Made by a program: the position numbers and the translations under genes. A stretch of DNA of 63,790 bases, counting the filler, from Octopus bimaculoides (taxonomy: Eukaryota), in NCBI RefSeq assembly GCF_001194135.2. It is 6 parts of 6 records of this genome, joined end to end, with 100 filler letters (N's around TTAATTAATTAA, not from the genome) between each part and the next. Parts side by side here need not be neighbours in the genome. Positions count along the whole stretch, not along the records: positions 26,370 to 38,285 come from NC_068987.1; positions 38,386 to 49,610 come from NC_068983.1; 4 more parts are not named here. One strand, 5' to 3'. The notes beneath the pieces were generated by a model. That model had not been told where the DNA came from. It saw only the letters and a list, made by a program, of their open reading frames with translations, and ran no database searches. Of this stretch, positions 26,395 through 38,637 are shown piece by piece. The number at the start of each line of letters is the position of its first letter. Position 1 is the first letter of the stretch.

Positions 26395-26831
26395 TGACTG
26401 GCGCTTTAAATTATCGATCCTGAAGGTATGAACTGCAAAGTCGACCTCGGTGGGTTTCGAACTCAGGACATAAAGAGCCGGAAGTAATACTTTTCTACTC
26501 TAGGCACAAGGCCCGAAATTTTGGGGGAGGGGTGGGGGCAGTCGATTAGATCGATCTCAGTTAGCAACTGGTACTTAATTTATCGACCCCGAAAGAATGA
26601 ACGGCAAAGTCGACCTCGGCGGAATTTGAACACAGAACGTAGCGGCAGACGAAATACCGCTAAACATTTCGCCCTGCGTGCTAACGTTTCTTATTTCTTT
26701 ATTGCCTACTAAGGGCTAAACATAGGGGGGACAAACAAGAACAGACAAAGGGATTAAGTCGATTGCATGGACCCCAGTGCGTAACTGGTACTTAATTTAT
26801 CGACCCCGAAAGGATGAAAGGCAAAGTCAAC
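26395..26831 (-). mobile_element. Three adjacent family B SINE pieces (26395-26485, 26492-26690, 26705-26831)
   Basis: Repeated actggtacttaatttatcgaccccgaaag motif. Confidence 0.85.
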
Positions 26832-27559
26832 NNNNNNNNNNTTTGGACATTTTGTTGGAATTATAACGATACGATCTAATGCACCAGTCCTCCATTCCAA
26901 ACGCAACTACCGCGTATGTACCAATGAACATGTCTGTACGGAAATGTTTATGTATACATGTGTGTATGTATGTAAGAGTGGGTGTGTATATATATGTGTC
27001 CTCCTCATGTATAATAACAATAATAATCGATTCGTTTGTGTGCATATATGGACATTTGTGTATGTACATTTAAATGTACATATATGTATTTATGTATGTG
27101 TGTATTTATGTGTATCTATGTATATGTAAAAGTATGCATATATATGTGGGTTTTTACATTTTTATATTTGGATATTTTTAACTTAACCTTATGAACTTTA
27201 TAAAACCTCTGAAGAGGCCTAGAGAATCATCCATGTACCTCTATTTCATCTATTTCATCTATTAATCACTTCAGTCTACTGGAGTGATAAAGATAGAATG
27301 AGGCATGTCACCTCTAGACTGAAACACCTGTAAGTAATTACCCCATTTTCTGTCACTATATGTCATTTCTTAATTACTGATATGACATAATAAGTCACAT
27401 GTGTTTGTATATTGTTGTTGTTGTCCTTTCAGTAAACAAATAAACAAGTAAATTGACACAATACAATGTCTGCAAGTTGATGAATACCACCTATTCCCCT
27501 CCATTTTCTTATTGCTATATATATATATATATATATAAAGCCTTATAACATAGTCTGTT

Positions 27560-27825
27560 AGTCACTTTTGCAGTATCACGAGATTACAGAGATGTAAACA
27601 AACCAACAGCGGTGTAGAAGGGGAGACAAATGCAAACACAAATACACACAAACACACGCACACCACACATACACACACACACACACGTATGCCCGTATGG
27701 ATGGGTGGGTACATGCATTTATATATATAACGAACTGCTTCTTTCAATTTCCGTCGCAGTGGGACTGAACCCGTAGCTATGTGGTTGAGAAGCAAACTTC
27801 TTACTTCACAGTCACACCAGCGCCT
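27560..27825 (-). mobile_element. Family A SINE, internally deleted
   Basis: Tail fragment, (CA)n and head reverse complement (cagtgggactgaaccc..aacttcttac). Confidence 0.7.
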
Positions 27826-27889
27826 AACATTTATTCCGATACCCTAATGGTTGGCCGCCTTACTTTGCTTGATTAAACTTCTCTATTTT

Positions 27890-28022
27890 TGGCACAAGCC
27901 TAGTAATTTGGGAGAGAAGGGAAGTCAATTACATCGACCCCCGTGCTCAGTTGGTGCTTAATTTTATCGATCCAAAAGGTTGAACGGTAAAGTCGACCTC
28001 ATTGGCATTTGAACTCAGAACC
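27890..28022 (-). mobile_element. Family B SINE fragment
   Basis: aagtcaattacatcgacccc..aaagtcgacctc..tttgaactcagaa. Confidence 0.75.
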
Positions 28023-28491
28023 CTGGTTAGTTTATGGTTTCTAATTAAGCATAAGGTCAACAATTTTTCTCAAATGAATTCCACCGACTGTAGTATTTAA
28101 CTGGTATATTATTTTATCGGCCTTGAAAGGACAAAATGCATAGTTGACATCTGTTGTAGTTGAACTCTGAATGTAAAGTAGAAATAGAGCAACCTTTCCG
28201 AGAAGCGGATCGCATGAGTCACGGCTCGTCAATCAGCGAGCCGCACTATTGCAAAAATTCAAGGTAATTTTTCGTTAGACGTGCCATTCAGAAAATTCCG
28301 CGGACCGTGGGTTGCCCATGGCAGATGTATCGAGTCGGAACAACTACCACAAGGCATTTATTCCTATCGTCTAACGATTTTACCAGCTGCTTTAACCCGA
28401 TTAAATAATGACAACTGCATTTGTTAGTATCAACCTAGGTCATTGCAAGATATATTCGTCTTTTCCTAGGTTAACTAGACACGTGAAAGTG

Positions 28492-28950
28492 TCTAATTTA
28501 GTGGCTTAGGTATTCGGTCCTCGATCGTAAGGTCGTGAGTTCGATTCTTGGCGGTTCGTTGTGTCCTTCAGCAAGACAATTTATTTCTCGTTGCTCCAGT
28601 CCACTCAACTGGCAAAAATGAGTTGTACTTGTAATTCAAAGGGCCAGCCTTGTCACATTCGGTGTGTCACGCTGAATTTCCTCTAGAATTACGTTAAGGG
28701 TACGCGTGTCTGTGGGGTACGCGTGTCTGTGGGGTACGCGTGTCTGTGGGGTACGCGTGTCTGTGGGGTACGCGTGTCTGTGGGGTATGCGTGTCTGTGG
28801 GGTACGCGTGTCTGTATGGTATGCGTGTCTTTGGGGGTACGCATATCTATGGAGTACGCATATCTGTGGAGTGCTCAACCATCTACACGCTAATTTCACG
28901 AGCAGGCTGTTCGGTTGATTGTATGAATGGGAAACCTAGTCGTAACGAAC
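28492..28950 (+). mobile_element. tRNA-derived SINE sharing the family C 3' region, with internal minisatellite
   Basis: B-box gagttcgattc and CORE-like ttgtgtccttcagcaagac; then gtaattcaaagggccagccttgtcac..acgttaaggg, as in the 17389 copy. Confidence 0.85.
28698..28868. repeat. 17-bp minisatellite, 10 copies (gggtacgcgtgtctgtg)
   Basis: Direct count; the first five copies are perfect and later ones diverge. Confidence 0.95.
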
Positions 28951-29064
28951 GGAAACCCAGGACTAACTAAAAACATATTTCAGTAGTTCTAAAGTTAAAT
29001 ATTCTAGTAGTATTATCCCCACCACGCGCGCGCACACACACGCGCGCACACACGCGCGCACACA

Positions 29065-29191
<127 letters not shown>

Positions 29192-29636
29192 GTATGCATA
29201 ATAGTGTTACTCCAAGTTAACAAGGAGATATACGTATTTAATGACGTAAATTAACACGTTCATTGTTTCTTTACAGAGCATCTTAGAACTTGCTGTATTT
29301 GATTTGAGTTAAAGGCGCGCAGGCATATTAGATGCACTCCAATTACCGCAGCACATATTCAGTTTTTAGTGCGTTAAAGCATATAATATAGGTCCAAATT
29401 CGATTATTGGATCCAGGCTGATTTTCTTCTAAACTTTTTGGGAATAATAAGAAACAAAATGCGTCATATTTGACGTCAAATATGGTAAAAAACGTTAACA
29501 AGAACAACTGTAGCAACAACAATGGTGAAAAAAGCTGCAGGAATGTCAACAGAAATTGTTACACACAGCAACGAGACAAAGAGATACGGATTGAATGAGA
29601 AAGAGAAAGAGACAATATAACAGATTGATATATATA

Positions 29637-29674
<38 letters not shown>

Positions 29675-30532
29675 TGTGTGTATTTCGTATGTATGTATGT
29701 ATGTATGTATGTATNNNNNNNNNNTGTGTGTATTTCGTATGTATGTATGTATGTATGTATGTATGTATGTATGTATGTGTGTGTATATGTGTGTGTGTGT
29801 GTGTTGTGTATGAATGTATGTATGTATGTAGGCTGGTTGCTTTGTTTGTATATATTGTGTAATAATTACGGAAAGCTGTAAGCATGCCGTTCGGACCGTC
29901 AATAACACATGTCAATAGGCAGTGGGGAAAACACGCACGCACGCAGGCATACACGCACGGAGAGAAAGGGAGAGAGAGAGAGAGACAGAAAGAAAGGGGG
30001 AGAGAGAAAGAAAGGGGGAGAGAGGGAGAGAGAATGAGAGCGAGAGTGATACCGCCCAACAATGTCAGTTAAACAGTGAAATATTTCGCAATTGTCAAAT
30101 ATCCACAACTAATAACACAAATGTCTTCTTTACAGCTACTGATGCGTCATACATCACTCATAACAGCATTTTACGTCATACTCACCATTGGTATTCATAT
30201 TGCTCATTACATTGAATTGCTAATCATTTTGACAACAATAAAAACAACAACAACAACAACAACAACAGCACCAGCAACAACATCATTAAAAAAAAAAAAG
30301 AAAAAAGAACAAGAACAGTGTGTGATATTGATGCTCGGTCAAATGTTTTGGGAGAGGAATACAGTCGTCACTCACTCAACTCTCAACCCGGGACCTGACT
30401 AGGACTTTATTTTATCGAGCAAATCAAATGAAAAGTAAGATTCGTTTCGTCGAAATTTTGTACGGCGAATTCACAGTTCTGCCAGCTCGCCGCCTTAATA
30501 ATAATAATGATAATAATGATAATAATAATAAC

Positions 30533-30576
<44 letters not shown>

Positions 30577-31476
30577 GGCAAATAGACCAGATATGAAGAA
30601 AAAAATGTTTTCTAATTGATGTATCAATACCAGCAGATGACAATGTTTCCCTAAAAGAAATGGAAAAACTTTCAAAATACAAAGACCTGGAAATAGAGGT
30701 AACTCGAATGTGGAATCTAAAAGCAGAAACAATTCCTATCATAGTAGGTGCCTTAGGTATAATAAAAAAAATATTCAGACNNNNNNNNNNNNNNNNNNNN
30801 NNNNNNNNNNNNNNNNNNNNNNNNNNNNNNNNNNNNNNNNNNNNNNNNNNNNNNNNNNNNNNNNNNNNNNNNNNNNNNNNNNNNNNNNNNNNNNNNNNNN
30901 NNNNNNNNNNNNNNNNNNNNNNNNNNNNNNNNNNNNNNNNNNNNNNNNNNNNNNNNNNNNNNNNNNNNNNNNNNNNNNNNNNNNNNNNNNNNNNNNNNNN
31001 NNNNNNNNNNNNNNNNNNNNNNNNNNNNNNNNNNNNNNNNNNNNNNNNNNNNNNNNNNNNNNNNNNNNNNNNNNNNNNNNNNNNNNNNNNNNNNNNNNNN
31101 NNNNNNNNNNNNNNNNNNNNNNNNNNNNNNNNNNNNNNNNNNNNNNNNNNNNNNNNNNNNNNNNNNNNNNNNNNNNNNCTGGAAATAGAGATAACTCGAA
31201 TGTGGAATCTAAAAACAGAAACAATTCCTATCATAGTAGGTGCCTTAGGTATAATAAAAAAATATTCAGACAAATACATAACAAAAATAGCAGGACTTAC
31301 AAATATATATAACATACAGAAAATTGCACTACTGGGTACTGCACACATTCTACGCAAAACACTTTCAATACAGTAAACATAAGAGCACCACAGCAAACCA
31401 CAGCACATACCCAAGGCGCACAGAGCTGCGCTCGGTAGTGAAGTGAAAGCACGTTATAAAAATAAAACTACTGAAC
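30577..31476 (+). mobile_element. 5'-truncated R4/Dong-like non-LTR retrotransposon (restriction-like endonuclease end plus 3' UTR) between (AAT)n tracts
   Basis: ANRPD..FLIDVSIPADDNVSLKEMEKLSKYKDLEIEVTRMWNLK.ETIPIIVGALG..NIQKIALLGTAHILRKTLSIQ*, followed by ~100 nt of UTR. (AAT)n lies directly on both sides. Confidence 0.9.
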
Positions 31477-31532
<56 letters not shown>

Positions 31533-31533
<1 letters not shown>

Positions 31534-31819
31534 CTCAATTCTACACACTATCAAAAAAATAACCCTGCTAGGAACAGCTCACATCCTACGCAAGACACTA
31601 TGAATTCAATAATACAACCCAAACAAAACAATCCACAAACACAAGACACACTCTTTATAGCAAATATCCAATAAAATAAACTACCACCAGCAGGCTAGAT
31701 ATCCAACACATTACACTCACAACACACAATACAAATACTAATACAACAAAAGACTGCACCACACCCCATAAAAAGAAACTGACGCAATACAATACCGGGA
31801 AGAGTTTGCACACACCTAA

Positions 31820-31852
<33 letters not shown>

Positions 31853-31936
31853 CACACAATCTTGCGCACATCCAAGCAACATGGAGGTGTAGTAGATGAT
31901 GTAGTAGAAATTTGCCTGAAACTACCAAATGTTGAT
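31533..31936 (+). mobile_element. Second, severely truncated R4/Dong-like 3' end with a different 3' UTR
   Basis: TIKKITLLGTAHILRKTL* (ctgctaggaacagctcacatcctacgcaagacactatga), then a distinct ~330-nt UTR. (AAT)n on both sides. Confidence 0.8.
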
Positions 31937-32314
31937 CAATAATAATAATAATAATAATAATAATAATCATAATAATAATAATGTTTTTCTATTAATCACT
32001 AAGGATTCGCAAAAAAATAACAAAAAACATTGGAAACGGTACAGGACATTACAATGTGAGGTAACATAAAAGGCGTGTAAAAAGTGAAAAACTGTAATAA
32101 TTATAAAATTATGACAATGAATAATTCACCAAAATGGGGTAGACGTCGTAGCGCTGCTCTTGGAAACCCCACAAAACTACGGTAACCCTGCCCGCTAGAG
32201 CACGTGCCCTCTCTACATTGTTTTTTCATTCAACCTACAGGCGCATGTTTAGAGTAGGTCCGTTTACACGGACCGTTCTTGCAACATCCACCCACCTTTT
32301 GATGCTGCTGCTGC

Positions 32315-32372
<58 letters not shown>

Positions 32373-32386
32373 CATCATCATAATAC

Positions 32387-32599
32387 ATTCTCAAACGCAG
32401 GATAATGCTAATAATATAGCCTGAACAGGATAAATTTGTGGTGGGTAGTTTAGCTTAATCGGTCTAAAAGCACCGCGACGCGTAATCACGGAGGTGTGAG
32501 TTCGTGTCTCATGGCCGGCCGCCTACACTTTTTTCTGCAAAAGAGGGGTAGTTTATCTTGTTTAGGCTTTACTATCAGCATTATCCTGCGTTTGAGAAT
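32387..32599. repeat. 48-bp inverted repeats enclosing a tRNA-like unit
   Basis: 32387-32434 versus reverse complement of 32552-32599: 5 mismatches. Confidence 0.85.
32444..32534 (+). pseudogene. tRNA-like sequence with Pol III T-run terminator
   Basis: D stem gctt/aagc; anticodon arm with 7-nt loop cgCGTaa; T arm gtgag-ttcgtgt-ctcat. Acceptor stem largely unpaired; T6 follows. Confidence 0.6.
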
Positions 32600-32704
32600 T
32601 TAAAATCACTTCTTTAACTTTCTAAGACATCTCAACGCTTCTAAAAGCAAACTTCGTTTGTTTGTTTACGTTCATCATAATTTGAATTTAACAATAATAA
32701 TAAT

Positions 32705-33139
32705 AATCCTTTCTACTAGAGGTACAAGGCTTGAAATTTGGGGGAGGGGGCTAGTCGATTACATCGACCAGTTAATTGTACTTAATTTATCGACCTGAAA
32801 GGATGAAAAGCAAAGTCAACCTTGGCGGAATTTGAACTCAAAACGTAGTGGCAGACGAAATACCGCTAAGCATTTCACCCGGTGTACTAACGATTCTGCC
32901 AGCCCGTCGCTTTACTACTACTACTGACGACGACGACGACGATGATGATGGTGGTGGTGGTGGTGGTTTCAAGGATTGGCACCAGGCCAGCAATTTCAGG
33001 AGAAGGGGTAAGTCAATTACATCAACCGAAGCGTTTAACTGGTACTTATTTTAACGACCCGGAAAGGGTGAAAGTAAAGTCGACTTTGGCGGAATTTGAA
33101 TTCATAACATAAAGACGGACAAAATGCCGGTGTGCTAAC
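32705..33139 (-). mobile_element. Two tandem family B SINEs (32705-32908, 32968-33139)
   Basis: Both show the family B body; separated by (CTA)(CGA)(TGA)(TGG) triplet runs. Confidence 0.85.
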
Positions 33140-33779
33140 NNNNNNNNNNNNNNNNNNNNNNNNNNNNNNNNNNNNNNNNNNNNNNNNNNNNNNNNNNNNN
33201 NNNNNNNNNNNNNNNNNNNNNNNNNNNNNNNNNNNNNNNNNNNNNNNNNNNNNNNNNNNNNNNNNNNNNNNNNNNNNNNNNNNNNNNNNNNNNNNNNNNN
33301 NNNNNNNNNNNNNNNNNNNNNNNNNNNNNNNNNNNNNNNNNNNNNNNNNNNNNNNNNNNNNNNNNNNNNNNNNNNNNNNNNNNNNNNNNNNNNNNNNNNN
33401 NNNNNNNNNNNNNNNNNNNNNNNNNNNNNNNNNNNNNNNNNNNNNNNNNNNNNTTGTCCCAGTTAATAATATTACAGACACTTATCTCATTGGCACAAGG
33501 CATGCAATTTTTGGAAGTTAGCCGATCACATATACTTCTGTATTTTATACTCTATTTTATGGAACACAGAAGGGTGCAAAGTAATATCAGCTTCGAAGAA
33601 ATTTGAACTCCGAATGAAATTTGCATTTAACTCTACACTACGTAGTTTCTGCAAAATTTTCTTTCCGCATTCCTTTAATCAAGCCGTTACAATTTCTGGT
33701 CAGAACCCCCCCCCCCCTAAAGACTACGATCCCTTCAACTTAACAAACTGACAAGACTTGGTGTTTTCCTTTCAATTAA

Positions 33780-34240
33780 CACTCAAGTTGAGTTCCAGAG
33801 CTAGATGCTTTCCAGCCAATCTCTCTAATTCTCTATTTGCCTATACAAACGACTCTTGAGAAACACGTGATTAAGTTTTCTATTCTGAAAAAGAGATACC
33901 TCTGCTTCATTGATAACAACAAGCCGATCGCTCTTGCTTCCACCATCTCAGCAGTGATGGAAACGGACTTAAACAATTACCTCCTTTAACCCCATGAAAA
34001 TTTTCTCTCTCATCAAAGGCCTCCGTTGAGCCAGATTGATCTACCAGATACTTGGTCTTATGTCAGTTACCAGTGGTTTTGCACATTTGTGAATTTCAGC
34101 GAAGACATTGTTGTTGCAGCGAAGACATTGTTGTTGCAACGAAGCCTCCGATCGTATCTGGCACAAGAACCTCCTAGCTAAGTTACCCGCACAACGATTT
34201 CATCCATCTCTTATCTCCTGAATAAGATAACACCGTTATT
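33780..34240 (+). mobile_element. Decayed CR1/L2/Jockey-group reverse transcriptase fragment
   Basis: NKPIALASTISAVME (NYRPISL-type motif) and KASDRIWHKNLLAKLPAQRFHPSLIS*I (KAFDRVWH motif). Frameshifted, with a ~20-bp internal tandem duplication (gcgaagacattgttgttgca) near 34100-34140. Confidence 0.75.
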
Positions 34241-34604
34241 GTGTATGCTGGGATTTTCTTAGATTTATACACTTTCAACTCTGTTGAGGAGATAAATATA
34301 ATCTCTCTTTTCACTTAATAGCAATCACCATTGAAAATGTTTGTGAATATGGTCCTGAAAAACTAATTAAGTATATAGATAAAGGAGATGATTGTAAGTA
34401 CAAGAGCCACATAATTAATTAATGTATAGTTTTCATAAGAGAGAGAGAGAGAGAGAGAGAGATAGAGTTAGTCTACTGGAGTTCAGAGAGGAATGCAAAA
34501 ATCATTATCGTTATTCTTACTATATTTTGAATACATAACAACAATGATGATAATAATAGTAATAATAATATTAATAATAATAATGACAATGATTATGGTT
34601 GTGG

Positions 34605-34635
<31 letters not shown>

Positions 34636-35839
34636 AACAAGAACATCACGACCACCAATAATAATAACAATAGCAGCAGTAACAGTCAACAACTCCTCTC
34701 CCCGTCCTCCTTTCACTCCCTGCTTCTCTTTCTCCTCCCCTTCGTCGTCGTTGCCGTCATCGTCGTCTTCCTCTTCCTCGTCCTCCTCCTATTGCTGTTG
34801 CTGCTGCTGCTTCTGCTGCTGCTGTTGCTAAATTGCAAAGAGGGGCATTAATTAAAAACACTAATCACATGTCTGATAAAGCAACACCGACCTTGAAGAG
34901 AGGAATATTAATTAAAAACGCTAATGGTATGATGTTAGATAAAGAAAGAGAGATAAGTGAATCAGACCAAACACAGTTGCAAATACTTCAGAAATAAAAT
35001 AACGAAGAAGAAGCAAAGACACACACGAATCAAAATACAAATGAATCAAAGAAAATTTCAAGAGAGAATTTTATAGTTGCATTATATTGAAACTCAATAC
35101 AAAGCCATGAGCAAACACTAACATCAGTGGATGCAAGTGGATGGAAACTCGCCACGGGCGAGCGGACAGAACGAAAACCTTCAGCGGAAGAACTCACGTC
35201 AAGTAAGTGTTTCGGTCCATTAATTCCTGACACTCTAAGGGAGCCGAGCCCACTTACGTCATGACTCTCAGGGATCCTTTTGCTGTTTTCGAAATTCGGA
35301 ATCTTTGGTGAACTTATTTCCCTGAACTCTGGTGCACGAAGATCACCGCATATGGCTTGGTCACGAAGATCATCATAAGAACTTGCTCTATGGATCTATT
35401 TAAAATCGGGTTTCCCTGCTACTTTGTTTAGCAGCTTGTAGCATTCATTTTCAGCTTTTGCTATCGTTTCTCTTGACCCATAGCCAAAATAAACTCTTCT
35501 CGCTGTTCGTTTGCGATCTTTGATTCCGAGCAGACTAATATTTAACACAAAGAGGCTACGACAAATCCGACAAACCAGACAAACCCTTGTGCGCCAATTC
35601 TACTAACTCTTGTTTCCGCAATACGTTATAATTATTAATTATACATGTGTATTTTATACATGTGTATTAATTATACATGTGTATTTTTTTCAACTAGATG
35701 ATTATAGGACCTAAAAAATAAACAAAAACTTATTTGTACTTAGAATTGCCTCTGGCAAAATTAGACACTGAAATATATTTACCACAAATAGAATAAGGCA
35801 GGGACTTCCTGAAACTGAAAAATTATTATAAAGTATTAA

Positions 35840-36097
35840 CTGTAGGGTATAAACATTTTTACAGACAGGGAAATTAAGGCAAATCGACCAGATATTTTTG
35901 CCTATAGAAATAATTCCTATCTATGCATCGACTCCAGCAGACAACATAATATCTCTAAAAGAAATGGAGAAATTATCCCAAATTAAAGATATGGAACTAA
36001 AAATAACCAATGTGTGGGAACTAAAAGTAGAAATAATCCTCATAATAATTGGTGTCTTGGGAATGACTAAAAATGAAGCAGATAAATACATAACCTA
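35840..36097 (+). mobile_element. Old R4/Dong-like RLE domain fragment
   Basis: IFTDREIKANRPDI..ASTPADNIISLKEMEKLSQIKDMELKITNVWELKVEIILIIIGVLG; colinear with the 30577 copy. Confidence 0.8.
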
Positions 36098-37850
36098 ACA
36101 ATATATATGTATATACACACACATATTTATATATTTTTATGTAAACATATATATTTGTATGTAAACACACACACGCATACATATATAAATCTAAATCTAA
36201 ATATATATACACACACACACGTACGCACGCCCCCATACACACACACATACGTACATACATGTACATATGTGTGCATGTATGGATGTATGTATGTATGTAT
36301 GTATGTATGTATGTATGTATGTATGTATGTATATGGCCTGGGCCTATACTGGCCGAAGCGTATCAAAGTTTTAAAAGTTATATATATATATATATATANN
36401 NNNNNNNNNNNNNNNNNNNNNNNNNNNNNNNNNNNNNNNNNNNNNNNNNNNNNNNNNNNNNNNNNNNNNNNNNNNNNNNNNNNNNNNNNNNNNNNNNNNN
36501 NNNNNNNNNNNNNNNNNNNNNNNNNNNNNNNNNNNNNNNNNNNNNNNNNNNNNNNNNNNNNNNNNNNNNNNNNNNNNNNNNNNNNNNNNNNNNNNNNNNN
36601 NNNNNNNNNNNNNNNNNNNNNNNNNNNNATATATATAAATATCGCGTTAAATACATTAGCTTATACACTGTTGCATAGAACGTGGAATAGGCTATAATCG
36701 ATAAAGAGAACAAAACAAATATTAGGAAACAATATCAGTGATATTTTAAATATTCATTTCCTATAGCTGTTTCAGTAATTCTTGCGTTAAATTATAACAA
36801 CAACCATGATTATATAATTACATAATTATTAGAATACCGGAGTCGTTAATAATGACGGAGTTGTTGTTGTAAAATGTAAACGATGAAAGTAGCTAATAAG
36901 GGCCTGAGGATGTAAATAAAAATATCAAGATAATAGGAAAATAAAAAAAAAATAATATTTATCATTCCTCAAATATTATACAGCTTTGATTATTTTTAAT
37001 ATGTACAATATGTTGTAGCCAATGATTCAATCGTTATTCTACATTGTTATTTTCTGCAATAAATGCTCTGCCTAATTTCACAAATGTTGTACAAGTATGT
37101 TTTCAAAACTTCCAAAGCATATGCATATTTACACGTGGGTACGTGATCCTACAAACAGGTTACAACATTTTCTAAAGGTTTTCAAGGCACAAGTAGGTTT
37201 AGTTTATGCAAAATTTGCTTATTTATAACATATTTGACACATTCCACTCAAATGCTACAATGGACACGATAAGCATTATCATTGACATTCACTGCAAAAG
37301 TTCCCGAAGAACAAAATTTCTTGTATAGAAACGAGGCAGCACAAACACACCATGGTCTTCTGAATTTTTAATCTGTATTTTCACATTATTTGTTTTTTGT
37401 TCTGATTAAATTAAAAAAAACATACATGTATGCAGTGAAAACACTATAAAAGATAATAGTGGAATACAGTGGAATATATGAAGTAGAATAATTAATAGGA
37501 AAATAAGTGTACATATAAATACATGTAGTTTATCAAATGTATGTTAATGACGCATAATGTAGTTTATATATTGATTAGATTTACCAATGAGAAAAAAAAA
37601 AGAGAAAATTAATTTGATCAAAATTTATGAATATACAAAGATTAACAGAGCATTATGACACAGAGAAGAGAGTAGAATGAAGTCTAGAATACAAAAAATA
37701 AACAGAACGGCTCGAATCCGTGTCGAATAATTTAGGACCTGTGTCGAATGATTTAAATCTTGTGCCGAATGATTTAGAAAATAAATCAATTAAGATGGGA
37801 CAAATTCAACAGTCTCAAATGATTAAGTGTTGCTTACATAAAAAAAGTAT

Positions 37851-38083
37851 ATAGGAGTGGCTGTGTGGTAAGAAGCTTGCTTCCTAACCACATAGTTCCG
37901 GGTTCAGTCCCACTGCGTGGTACCTTGGGTGTCTTCTACTATAGCCACGGGCCGACCAAAGCCTTGTGAGTGGATTTGGTAGAAGGAAACTGAAAGAAGC
38001 CTGTCATATCCTGATATATATTTCCTCTCTTCACATCGCTTGACAACCGATGCTGGTGTGTTTACGACCCAGTAACTTAGCGG
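37851..38083 (+). mobile_element. Family A SINE, 3'-truncated
   Basis: ataggagtggctgtgtggtaagaagc..ttacgacccagtaacttagcgg. Confidence 0.88.
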
Positions 38084-38329
38084 TATATATATATATATAT
38101 ATATATATAGGTTATGAGCAATAGTGGTGTCAATTAGACCCAGAGGTTTCAGGTAATGCCGAGTAAGTGCTATGGATAGACCACAGTTAAGCTCCAGGTT
38201 CGGTGGTTATGCGAATAAGGGGTCCAACGTAGGTCATATATATATATAACATAAAGAATGAAAGAAAGAAAGAAAGAAAGGTGTANNNNNNNNNNNNNNN
38301 NNNNNNNNNNNNNNNNNNNNNNNNNNNNN

Positions 38330-38341
38330 TTAATTAATTAA
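38330..38341. other. Artificial assembly linker
   Basis: 44 N + TTAATTAATTAA + 44 N. Confidence 0.95.
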
Positions 38342-38637
38342 NNNNNNNNNNNNNNNNNNNNNNNNNNNNNNNNNNNNNNNNNNNNATATCGTTGCTATTA
38401 TGCCGTATGTCCAAATTTGACCCGGTGCGTTTCTTCAATATTCATTTTTGCTTGCAGTTGGCAGTTCTTTTGGTCAAATTATCGTATTTCCTGCTGCTGC
38501 TGATACCAAGAGATAAAAAAATTGTCAAAGTGTTGTACAACAGTGTTATTATGGAATGGTGAAACTATTTTTTCATTTTCTGGAAAAGCAACATTTTGGA
38601 CTTACGACACTTTTGCATCATACCAAGGATATATATA

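Noticed and set aside
28698-28868. Regular short repeat as a possible CRISPR array
   Set aside because: Units are contiguous with no spacers, the context is eukaryotic, and the unit derives from a SINE.
32444-32520. Functional tRNA-Thr(CGT)
   Set aside because: The acceptor stem has mismatches and several G-T pairs and the T-loop is non-canonical; kept only as tRNA-like.
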